From a virus: a stretch of DNA of 64,000 bases. Below, piece after piece: positions 9,358-17,265 of this stretch. Position 1 is the stretch's first letter; the number at the start of each line of letters is the position of its first letter. A program made the position numbers and the translations under genes. The stretch lies in IMG/VR virus record IMGVR_UViG_3300030090_007211, positions 64,001-128,000 of that record; one strand, given 5' to 3'. A model generated the notes under the pieces. The model ran no database searches and was not told the DNA's origin. It worked only from the letters and a program-made list of their open reading frames with translations.

Positions 9358-9402
9358 AAAGAGGGGGCTGGGGGAGTTTCGACAGTTCCGTGGGTCATTT
9401 CA
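9358..9402. repeat. G-rich dispersed repeat, copy 3
   Basis: aaagagggggctgggggagtttcgacagttccgtgggtcatttca. Confidence 0.85.
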
Positions 9403-9735
9403 ATATAACCCCCATTGTCGTTTTAATTTATTTCTATATAAATCCCATAACTGATTAAACTCATCTCCCTGCACTCCATATGTATCTCTTACATAAAGTG
9501 AAAAAAGATTTGCAAAAGAAAACTCCTGGGGACAAGAAACATTCCAATTAAGTCCTTCATCCAATATACTCATGTAGTATCCATCAAAATGTTTCTCATC
9601 ATTTATAAAAGGTAAATATAAAACCATACAAGTTTCCATGTTACCAATAATCATGGGGTTTACACAATACTGAGTATCGTCACATAACCATTGAGCAACC
9701 TTATCAAGATATTTCTTTTGTTTAGTGTGGGTCAC
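9400..9735 (-). CDS. Stand-alone 'YG..E..W..Y' family protein
   Basis: KYLDKVAQWLCDDT..LPF..FSLYVRDTYGVQGDEFNQLWDLY. Confidence 0.8.
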   Translation of the reverse strand: MTHTKQKKYLDKVAQWLCDDTQYCVNPMIIGNMETCMVLYLPFINDEKHFDGYYMSILDEGLNWNVSCPQEFSFANLFSLYVRDTYGVQGDEFNQLWDLYRNKLKRQWGLY

Positions 9736-9911
9736 ACTGATTTATTTTCATCTATACGTTCAAAAATCTGAGTGGCCCCTAACGATATATAATTAAATAA
9801 TAATAATACACTCCAAAATATTAAATTGTTTGTATCCTCTATTACCCATGAATATATGAACATAATGAAAGACAATATCACTGTTAATAGCGTTATAATT
9901 TTTCCTACCAT
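9732..9911 (-). CDS. Two-TM small membrane protein
   Basis: MVGKIITLLTVILSFIMFIYSWV...; start at ATG 9911 downstream of promoter 9927-9958. Confidence 0.6.
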   Translation of the reverse strand: MVGKIITLLTVILSFIMFIYSWVIEDTNNLIFWSVLLLFNYISLGATQIFERIDENKSV

Positions 9912-9926
9912 AATTTTTAGTTTACA

Positions 9927-9958
9927 CAAATATAAGGCAAAAAAATTGGATTTCCAAA
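9927..9958 (-). promoter_or_regulatory. Bacteroidota-type promoter
   Basis: Minus strand TTTG-N20-TATATTTG. Confidence 0.75.
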
Positions 9959-10480
9959 AAAGGAATATAAAAAAAGGTATTTCAATAAACCTATTGGTTA
10001 TTTAATATACCTTCCTTCAGTTTCCTTAACTCTCTAATCCGATCAAATATAATCTTAGTTAATTCTTGAAAGTCTGCAGTTGGATTCTTTAAGACGTGGT
10101 ATTCTAATTCGTTTAGTCTAATATCAATTTCCTCAATAGTCATATATACTAAATACTAAAAATTTCCTGGAAAAATTTTACTCGTTGAAGGTGTTTCCCA
10201 GAAATGGGTGTTGTTTCTCAGAATTACTTATCTTTGTGTTCACAATCCTTTTTGTGTTTAAACCATCCACCACATTTACACTTCACATAATATACCACAG
10301 GTGCAACTATCGGCGCCGACGCAACTACTGTCCATACATTAGGATGCCAATGATCCCCACAAAAACCGAATAAGTGTTTTATAAATTCTATTACCATTCT
10401 TTTTTATTCTATATATACTAACGAATTAAAAAAAGTCTATAATAGATACTCTAAAAATTCCTGGAAAATTTATGGACAAC

Positions 10481-10616
10481 ATCGCCGCCCCCTAAAACTT
10501 CGTTTACCCCGAGGAGGGAAGGGGGGATACAGTGGGTACCCGGAGGGGGGGACCCCCCAGAGGGGTTAAAAAGGGGGGAGGTTTACTATGGTTCTAGTCA
10601 TAGGTCCTCCCTCCCT
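10481..10616. other. GC-rich non-coding island with multiple G-tracts (G-quadruplex-capable) and a hairpin
   Basis: gggaaggggggatacagtgggtacccggagggggggacccccagaggggttaaaaggggggagg in otherwise AT-rich DNA. Confidence 0.7.
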
Positions 10617-10642
10617 AATAACAACATTTAAATTTAATACTA

Positions 10643-10674
10643 TAAAGATACGAATAATAAATGAGAATGTCAAA
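10643..10674 (-). promoter_or_regulatory. Bacteroidota-type promoter pointing into the GC island
   Basis: Minus strand TTTG-N20-TATCTTTA. Confidence 0.6.
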
Positions 10675-10684
10675 TAATAAGGCA

Positions 10685-10950
10685 TAAAAAAAAGGGGGGT
10701 AAATACTTTGTATGAAACTCTGTATTCCCTTCCCCTTTATCGGGATCTTGGGATAAAACTCTTGGGGAATTGTTCTACCACTTCACCCTTCTGATAGTAT
10801 TTGTAATTTAAATATGCGTGTAACCAATCTACTTTTTATAACAACCAAACTATCGAGAGACTATCTCCTTCCCCCTGAGGGTCTGGGATAATCGTAAAGA
10901 TAAAGACTGTGTTACTTTAAATTATTCATACCATCATATCAAACAACTAT
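10685..10950 (-). ncRNA. Candidate ~260-nt small RNA
   Basis: Promoter (GTTG-N20-TATATTTG, 10955-10986) and terminator-like hairpin/T-run (10685-10737) bracket a segment whose ATGs stop within 2-5 codons. Confidence 0.35.
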
Positions 10951-10988
10951 ACAACAAATATAATGAACTTATTTGTATTAGTCAACAT

Positions 10989-11282
10989 TTATATAAAAGT
11001 CTTTTTATCTAACTCTTTATGTAGATCGAATATATATCTACTATAGTCTCTCCAGAGCTCATCTACCTCATCACTTAATATACCATAGTTATTAGTTACA
11101 TAATTATAGAATTGTTCATAGTGTGAAGGTTTACCACCATACCCATATAAATCTTTTGTATTCATAAATGGTAACTTAAGATTGTGCCAATTAATCTTTT
11201 CGTGATATTGTATCTCTATTTCATTAATAAGTTTAGATAACACTTGTTGTCTATACTGTTCCTGTCTTGTCATTGTATTCAT
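10989..11282 (-). CDS. Stand-alone 'YG..E..W..Y' family protein
   Basis: QYRQQVLSKLINE..LPF..FYNYVTNNYGILSDEVDELWRDY. Confidence 0.8.
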   Translation of the reverse strand: MNTMTRQEQYRQQVLSKLINEIEIQYHEKINWHNLKLPFMNTKDLYGYGGKPSHYEQFYNYVTNNYGILSDEVDELWRDYSRYIFDLHKELDKKTFI

Positions 11283-11436
11283 CTAATTTCTTTTTTTTAT
11301 ATTCTTCCCAATACGCATCATTATAATAGTTGAGGTATATCTTTTCCATCTCTATATCCTTTTTGGTTATCATTACAGGGAGTCTATACTTCTCATGGTA
11401 ATCGAATGGATTAATTTCCTTCTTGTTGTTCATCAT
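11251..11436 (-). CDS. Hypothetical protein
   Basis: 61-aa ORF overlapping start of 10989..11282. Confidence 0.5.
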   Translation of the reverse strand: MMNNKKEINPFDYHEKYRLPVMITKKDIEMEKIYLNYYNDAYWEEYKKKKLDEYNDKTGTV

Positions 11437-11666
11437 CCTTTTGTTTTTCTAATTTAGAAATATTCCTTCCGAATCGTACTCCCAGTACAAAAAAGAAAAA
11501 ATATAGTAATGCGTTAATAATAACCGTTTCATTCATATGTTTAAATATAAAGAAAAAAAATGATAAAAAAAAGGGGTCTTATATTTGGTGGTCTAAAAAA
11601 TTTTTTGTATCTTTGTATAAAGGGTCTGGTTCTGAAATATAACCGAAAGAGTATACTCCACCCTGC

Positions 11667-11945
11667 CTATATATTTTTATATAGGAAATCTATATACCTC
11701 TCCCATAACTCATCTATCTCCTTTGGTCTTGCACCATATAACCTTTTACAATGTGCATCGAACAATTGTTTATACGCCAACACATATTCTATATACGTTT
11801 TAACATAATCACTACAACGCTCAGAGTGAAGGAATGGTAATTCTATCTGTCTATCCTCCTTTATGATCGTTGTCGCCTTAAGATCCTTTAGAAATATCTC
11901 TATTAACTCTTTGTCCATTCCCCTATTAAATAAATTTTTAAACAT
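11667..11945 (-). CDS. Stand-alone 'YG..E..W..Y' family protein
   Basis: LPF..FDAHCKRLYGARPKEIDELWERY. Confidence 0.8.
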   Translation of the reverse strand: MFKNLFNRGMDKELIEIFLKDLKATTIIKEDRQIELPFLHSERCSDYVKTYIEYVLAYKQLFDAHCKRLYGARPKEIDELWERYIDFLYKNI

Positions 11946-12197
11946 TGTTACATAAAATAAATAATAAAAAATTTGGAAATGTCAAATATTTTTCGTAACT
12001 TTATATTATAGATGAGGTGAGAGACCATAAGGCCACCCCCTGGGCGTATGTGTAATATTTGACATCGGACCACAGTGGGGTCTTCTACCCTGATGTAAAT
12101 CTAATATAAAGATACGCCTTTTTTTTGACAATACCAAATAAAAACACATTTATTTTTAAAAAGATTTCCACAAAAGGATGAGGTATTATAAATTAAA

Positions 12198-12229
12198 TTT
12201 GTATATGTTAATTATTTTTTGTATCTTTG
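12198..12229 (+). promoter_or_regulatory. Bacteroidota-type promoter
   Basis: TTTG-N20-TATCTTTG before ATG 12234. Confidence 0.8.
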
Positions 12230-12233
12230 TTAT

Positions 12234-12437
12234 ATGGAAACTGAAAATATATACTTAGATCATGATGGTGTTAAGATGAAAATCGCATCACAAGTAGATT
12301 TCTTATTAAGAAAATATGATAAGTGGTATGTAACAGAAGGTCAATATTTATCACTACCTCATCACGTATTATTATATTGTATACGTAAAGGTTTAATACC
12401 ACCATCAATTAGAAAAGAAATTATACATGGAAAATAA
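12234..12437 (+). CDS. Hypothetical protein
   Basis: METENIYLDHDG...; directly after promoter. Confidence 0.6.
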   Translation: METENIYLDHDGVKMKIASQVDFLLRKYDKWYVTEGQYLSLPHHVLLYCIRKGLIPPSIRKEIIHGK

Positions 12438-12774
12438 ATTCAAATCATTCACTCCAAGAGTAGATACCAAACGTAGACTCGTTATGACACGATGGTATGC
12501 AGGTGTACGTGGTGAGAATTCATTCTGTTACATGATTCATCGTATTACTAAAAAGAATACTATAGATAAAAGATTTAAAAACCTCTACTCTTACGGTACC
12601 GATGACTATAGTAGTATAAAAGAATTTCATCACGCAGTAACAGGGGATCCTGTTCGTGTTTTTAAATCCTCTTTCAAGGGTGTATTTAAAATTAAAAATA
12701 AATTAAACCCTATAGAGATATGGAACACTTCACAACATTCCTCGAAAACCTTGACACAACAGACCTCTTTATAA
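12427..12774 (+). CDS. Basic hypothetical protein
   Basis: 115 aa, overlaps previous ORF. Confidence 0.6.
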   Translation: MENKFKSFTPRVDTKRRLVMTRWYAGVRGENSFCYMIHRITKKNTIDKRFKNLYSYGTDDYSSIKEFHHAVTGDPVRVFKSSFKGVFKIKNKLNPIEIWNTSQHSSKTLTQQTSL

Positions 12775-13020
12775 TGACTCTTCTGGGTCTGGTCTTTGTG
12801 GGTATAGTAATATACATTAACAACGATGACCAACGCTGGTGGTAAAGAGTGGGAAAGGTACAGTTCTTTGACATCTTTTTTTAACCGAAATGTTTGATTT
12901 TGTCATAAAAAATCAGTATATTTGTAGTATCTGAAAAATTCCTGAAACCGAAATTACGAAGGAATTTACGGACTAGGCAATGTTTTCCTAGGGTTTCACA
13001 GTAAACAAACACTAAAAATC

Positions 13021-13044
13021 CCACTTTTTCCCACCATATACCAC
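13021..13044 (-). promoter_or_regulatory. Three GTGG repeats at 10-bp period (MraZ-box-like)
   Basis: ccac at 13021, 13031, 13041; inverted two-repeat copy at 12839-12856. Confidence 0.5.
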
Positions 13045-13217
13045 ATTTATACTAAAACCTTATAATATAATGAGGCACAGGGTTTTTTACACTTGTACTC
13101 AGTATTATTATTTTATTGTGAGGGTATCCTGTACGTCAGGTTAAACGATCTTTTCTCATTCATCATAGGACATTACAATAACCTTAGAAGGTCTTAGAGA
13201 GGATATATTTAGGTCAT

Positions 13218-13245
13218 AAAAAAACCCCTATGTATATAGAGGTTT
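13218..13245 (-). terminator. Rho-independent terminator
   Basis: AAACCTCTATATACATAGGGGTTTTTTT on minus strand, after 13272..13574. Confidence 0.75.
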
Positions 13246-13271
13246 AAATATTTTTTAGTATAGGGAATTTA

Positions 13272-13574
13272 CTATTTACACATTTTATCTATCTTCATTT
13301 TTCCTACACCTTTATAACCACTTTTATAAATAACATTTTGTTTTAGACATGCACAAATCTCTTCTTTAGTGGTATCTATTTCCTTAACATTTTTCATGTT
13401 AACAATTATGTTATTCCAAAACTCATCCCAACTTTTTGTTTTACCATTATTATCTCCTATGGTATTAATGTCGTTATAATATTCTTTTGATGTATCGCAT
13501 TGATGTGTATCTTCTGTGATAACCCTTTTTACTATACGTTGAATGTCTGATTCTTTTAATTTAATTACTTTCAT
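13272..13574 (-). CDS. Cys-containing protein with 'I.L.ES.I.RIV..VI.E' leader
   Basis: MKVIKLKESDIQRIVKRVITE. Confidence 0.7.
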   Translation of the reverse strand: MKVIKLKESDIQRIVKRVITEDTHQCDTSKEYYNDINTIGDNNGKTKSWDEFWNNIIVNMKNVKEIDTTKEEICACLKQNVIYKSGYKGVGKMKIDKMCK

Positions 13575-13606
13575 TTCTTTATGTGTTTCTATATAAGTAT
13601 CACAAT

Positions 13607-13643
13607 GATCATGAAATGTAAACCATCATCCTTTTTGATTTTA
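13607..13643. repeat. 37-bp direct repeat, copy A
   Basis: gatcatga-aatgt-aaaccatcatcctttttgatttta; same at 14280-14316 except in the 5-nt spacer. Confidence 0.85.
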
Positions 13644-13916
13644 TAATGCTTTAATATAGTAACCTTCCATCCCATTAAATGAGGTAAATGAGAATCCTTC
13701 TTTTTTCAAACGATATATCATCTTATCTTTAAGTTTACGATCATAGAAATAATCATCTATATGTTTTTCTTCGTGTGGGAATACTCTAACCATTACAGAT
13801 GTACCTTCTATATTATTTAACATCTCATAAAGTTTTTTCGTGGTGATATCGTTACAGAAACTTAGATTGTGTTTACTAAGTTCTTCATTAAGTAAATCGG
13901 ATTTAAATGTATACAT
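13641..13916 (-). CDS. Hypothetical protein
   Basis: 91-aa ORF. Confidence 0.6.
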   Translation of the reverse strand: MYTFKSDLLNEELSKHNLSFCNDITTKKLYEMLNNIEGTSVMVRVFPHEEKHIDDYFYDRKLKDKMIYRLKKEGFSFTSFNGMEGYYIKAL

Positions 13917-13917
13917 C

Positions 13918-14223
13918 TTATTTTTTATTTCCTATTACTTTTTCATATAGGTTTTGTAATACGGCTTGTCCAGATAAATTACAATATATCTCATTCCATA
14001 ATCTTTTTATTAAACTATAGTCATCCGTTACTGCATTACCCATTCCATCCATACCTTCTTCATAATCTATTACATCTCCGTTTTCATCCAAATACCATTT
14101 GTATATTCGGGATTCTATTGAATATTCTATTCTGTGTGTATTCTTAGGTTGTATAAAGTCGTCTTGGATACCCTCAAATTTATCTCTATGTGGGTGTAGT
14201 GATTCTAATTTAAATTCTTTCAT
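13918..14223 (-). CDS. Hypothetical protein
   Basis: 101-aa ORF; promoter variant TTTG-N20-TATATTAG at 14246-14277. Confidence 0.65.
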   Translation of the reverse strand: MKEFKLESLHPHRDKFEGIQDDFIQPKNTHRIEYSIESRIYKWYLDENGDVIDYEEGMDGMGNAVTDDYSLIKRLWNEIYCNLSGQAVLQNLYEKVIGNKK

Positions 14224-14279
14224 TTTAATAGTTTTTTATTTTCTACTAATATAAAGAAATTTTTCTATAGTGTCAAATC

Positions 14280-14316
14280 GATCATGATTATTAAACCATC
14301 ATCCTTTTTGATTTTA
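14280..14316. repeat. 37-bp direct repeat, copy B
   Basis: gatcatga-ttatt-aaaccatcatcctttttgatttta. Confidence 0.85.
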
Positions 14317-14317
14317 A

Positions 14318-15157
14318 TTATTCAGTTTTTAATACAACAAACCAATAGTTACCAACTTTAACAATATCCGACATTGCCTCATATCCATACTTATTTTTCA
14401 TATCGGTTAATCTTTGATTTAAATTATCTTCGGAGGGATCAAATATACCACTAATACCAGTAGTTGTATCACCATCTTTAGAAATAGTAATAGTATTCCC
14501 ATCTATAGTTGCATTACCATAATTATCTTTAGGTAACGCTAATAACTGATCTCTCGCATCTCCCAAATCATTAAATGTTATGGTAATGGGTTTTGATTTG
14601 TTACCACCACAGTGAGATTGATAATTAGGGTTTTTCCATTGGGCAAAATATTCTACTAACCCTTCAGGTGTTTTTTTCATATCACTAATATCTAAACTTG
14701 TACCTTTAGTTGGTAGGTGACCTACCTCATCTTTAAGGTGGTCTAACTTATATCCTTCACCATGACCCCAACCTCCTCTACGATCAAAAGAAGTGTATGC
14801 ATCACATGCATTGTTAACCTGAATAAAAGGTATGTCTACTTTAAATTCTACTTGTCCGGTATTATTATCTATTCTATTCCCTAATGTTTTATCTATAATA
14901 GTCTCTAATTTAATCCCATCTAAATCCACTATTGTCCATTGTCCCTTATTATATAACTTTTTTAATTCGTCCCCAACTATAGTAGTGATAGTATTAATAA
15001 ATCTATGTGTGTTATCATTAGGGTTTTGGGAAGGACCAATATAGGTACCACTCACACCATTACTACTAATATTGATGGAGGGAGAAGATTGTTCACCTAA
15101 TAATCTTTTATTGGCTTCCTCTATTAACTGTCTTTTTAATTTCCCTAGTCTACTCAT
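14318..15157 (-). CDS. Cargo protein with MSRLGKLKRQLIEEANKRLLGEQ leader
   Basis: Leader nearly identical to 15172..15678; cargo has YTSFDRRGGWGH motif. Confidence 0.75.
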   Translation of the reverse strand: MSRLGKLKRQLIEEANKRLLGEQSSPSINISSNGVSGTYIGPSQNPNDNTHRFINTITTIVGDELKKLYNKGQWTIVDLDGIKLETIIDKTLGNRIDNNTGQVEFKVDIPFIQVNNACDAYTSFDRRGGWGHGEGYKLDHLKDEVGHLPTKGTSLDISDMKKTPEGLVEYFAQWKNPNYQSHCGGNKSKPITITFNDLGDARDQLLALPKDNYGNATIDGNTITISKDGDTTTGISGIFDPSEDNLNQRLTDMKNKYGYEAMSDIVKVGNYWFVVLKTE

Positions 15158-15171
15158 AATTTTTGATTAGT

Positions 15172-15678
15172 CTATATTAATTTTACTTTTACCCCATTAC
15201 TGTTGGTTAAGGTAATAGGTTTGTCTCCCTCTATGGCTTTTGCAATACCGGTTCGTGTGTCTTTATTTTTATCTGTATGAATAGTAAATACTATTCTATC
15301 ACTGCTCGTTACCCCACCTGAAATAAATCTATAATCAATACCTTTTTGTTGCATGGCAGTTTTCGCTTTTGATAAACGGGATTTAACAATACTACCAGTC
15401 CCGTATGTTAATTTTATTTTTAATTGTAAATAATCATTTGGGACTAACTTAATAGATTCTATATTTGGGTTAAAGGTTCGACCATCCGCAATTATTTGTA
15501 GTTTATATGAGTGTGCAATATCTTTTTCTTGGGATGTAACCATTATACTATTATCTCCCCCTAAAGGAACTTTTACTATTGTAGTATCTGAAGGTATTTC
15601 ATCTATTCTCTGTTCACCCAATATCCTTTTATTGGCTTCCTCTATTAACTGTCTTTTTAATTTTCCTAGTCTACTCAT
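15172..15678 (-). CDS. Cargo protein with MSRLGKLKRQLIEEANKRILGEQ leader
   Basis: Shared leader, unrelated cargo. Confidence 0.75.
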   Translation of the reverse strand: MSRLGKLKRQLIEEANKRILGEQRIDEIPSDTTIVKVPLGGDNSIMVTSQEKDIAHSYKLQIIADGRTFNPNIESIKLVPNDYLQLKIKLTYGTGSIVKSRLSKAKTAMQQKGIDYRFISGGVTSSDRIVFTIHTDKNKDTRTGIAKAIEGDKPITLTNSNGVKVKLI

Positions 15679-15687
15679 AATTTTTTT

Positions 15688-16218
15688 TTAGTCTATATTA
15701 GATTTATCTTCTTGCGAATATGTACATAAGATATTCTGTATGAATCTAAGATAAGTATTATTAACATCTAAATCCGCTGAGAGTTTTTTATTAGTTTTAT
15801 CCATTTCCTTAATATAGTTATTTATCTTATCTTTATCTTTTTTAGGGATTGACATTCCTCTCATTTTACTTTTGAGTTCTTTTACTGAATTGATGGTAAG
15901 TTCATCACATAGGTCATTATTATCTTTACCGGATTTATCTACATCCTTTATGTAGTTTTTACCTTTACCATCTATATGACTTTCATTCATTGATTGTTGT
16001 TTACTAAGATATTGTACCATCGCCTGATCTGCCTCCCATTTATCCAACCCATAGTGTTTCATAAAATATCTGGTAATTTTATGTTGTCCTTTTAACCCTT
16101 TGTTTTTACGAAACGTACTACTAACGGCATCATGTATTTTACTATTTAAGTTTTCATTTAAACGTCTAATTGTTTTTTCAACCAAACTATTTAATATATT
16201 TTCTTCTTCTCTTTCCAT
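15688..16218 (-). CDS. Two-segment protein with LNE/MNES linkers; partial YGL..E motif
   Basis: RRLNE...YFMKHYGLDKWEADQ...SMNES; ATATTTATA at 16223-16231. Confidence 0.65.
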   Translation of the reverse strand: MEREEENILNSLVEKTIRRLNENLNSKIHDAVSSTFRKNKGLKGQHKITRYFMKHYGLDKWEADQAMVQYLSKQQSMNESHIDGKGKNYIKDVDKSGKDNNDLCDELTINSVKELKSKMRGMSIPKKDKDKINNYIKEMDKTNKKLSADLDVNNTYLRFIQNILCTYSQEDKSNID

Positions 16219-16280
16219 TATATATAAATATCTATTACTTTTTATTTGTAAATATCAATAATTTTTTGTATATTTGTCTT

Positions 16281-16580
16281 ATGAAACAATTATTTTATTA
16301 TATCATCATTCGTCTTACAACCAGACATGCAATTAACGCAGTGAAAATTTATGAAACTCTATATCATAAATCCACTTCACCTGAAGTTAAAAAAAAATCT
16401 CCTCTGAAAACGGAAGGTAAAACTAAACCCACCAAACGTAAGAATCATCCTAAATTTTCAGTTAACCCTAAAAAACAAGAAATATTAGATTCTTTAGAAT
16501 ATCTAAAAAGGAAAGAAGTAAAATCTAAACAGGATAAGAGTTCCATTTCAATGTTAGAGGGAATTTTGGCAACAATGTAG
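16281..16580 (+). CDS. Basic hypothetical protein
   Basis: ATG 16281 after TTTG-N20-TATATTTG (16245-16276). Confidence 0.6.
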   Translation: MKQLFYYIIIRLTTRHAINAVKIYETLYHKSTSPEVKKKSPLKTEGKTKPTKRKNHPKFSVNPKKQEILDSLEYLKRKEVKSKQDKSSISMLEGILATM

Positions 16581-16585
16581 TGATA

Positions 16586-17263
16586 TTAAAATTTTCTACG
16601 TTTTTTCTGTAAATCATCCATCATATCATGTGGTTGATCCCACCAACCATCACCTTTCTTTCTGAACTCATCTTCACTTTTTCTATTACCCTCTTTATCC
16701 ACATCCACTAATTTGATTCTTCTATGTTGTCCACCTGAAAAATCTGAATTAACTGCAATATCATTTATTTTTTGTTTATAGTCTGCAAACAATTTTTGTA
16801 TATTCTTTTTAAATTCTACTGTAAGTTTTTCCGCTTCTTCACTATATGTTTTTACACTATTAATTGCTTCTTCTATATCATATAGTTCATAATCACCTTT
16901 ATCTCTATCAGTATGTGCCAATTTTTCAGTTTTGGGATTATAATAAGGTGTATAGTATCCTTCTTTTTGTTCTTCACTATGATTTAATAAATCATATGAT
17001 ATATAATCAGGATGAGAGTCATCACCAAAAGAACCATGCCCCCTACTTTCTATGTCTCTTTCACTAACACCTGCGGAAAAATTCCACGCTTCAGGATTCA
17101 ACCGAAAGTATATACGTTTTTTTATTTCTGGGATATATGTACTCCAACCATATTTAGATTTTGCAATATGTAGTTCTGTATCTGGTGATCTATTAATCTC
17201 TGGCGATGTTAAATCATCAGGATTAAATTCTTCTTTAAGTATCTTTTGTATAATATGTTTCAT
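16586..17263 (-). CDS. Hypothetical cargo protein with MKHIIQKILKEE leader
   Basis: 225 aa; ILKE leader. Confidence 0.65.
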   Translation of the reverse strand: MKHIIQKILKEEFNPDDLTSPEINRSPDTELHIAKSKYGWSTYIPEIKKRIYFRLNPEAWNFSAGVSERDIESRGHGSFGDDSHPDYISYDLLNHSEEQKEGYYTPYYNPKTEKLAHTDRDKGDYELYDIEEAINSVKTYSEEAEKLTVEFKKNIQKLFADYKQKINDIAVNSDFSGGQHRRIKLVDVDKEGNRKSEDEFRKKGDGWWDQPHDMMDDLQKKRRKF

Positions 17264-17265
17264 TT

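Noticed and set aside
7088-9402. G-rich repeats as a CRISPR array or integron attC sites
   Set aside because: Spacing is ~1 kb with whole genes between; no cas or integrase gene in the window; no attC-type dyad.
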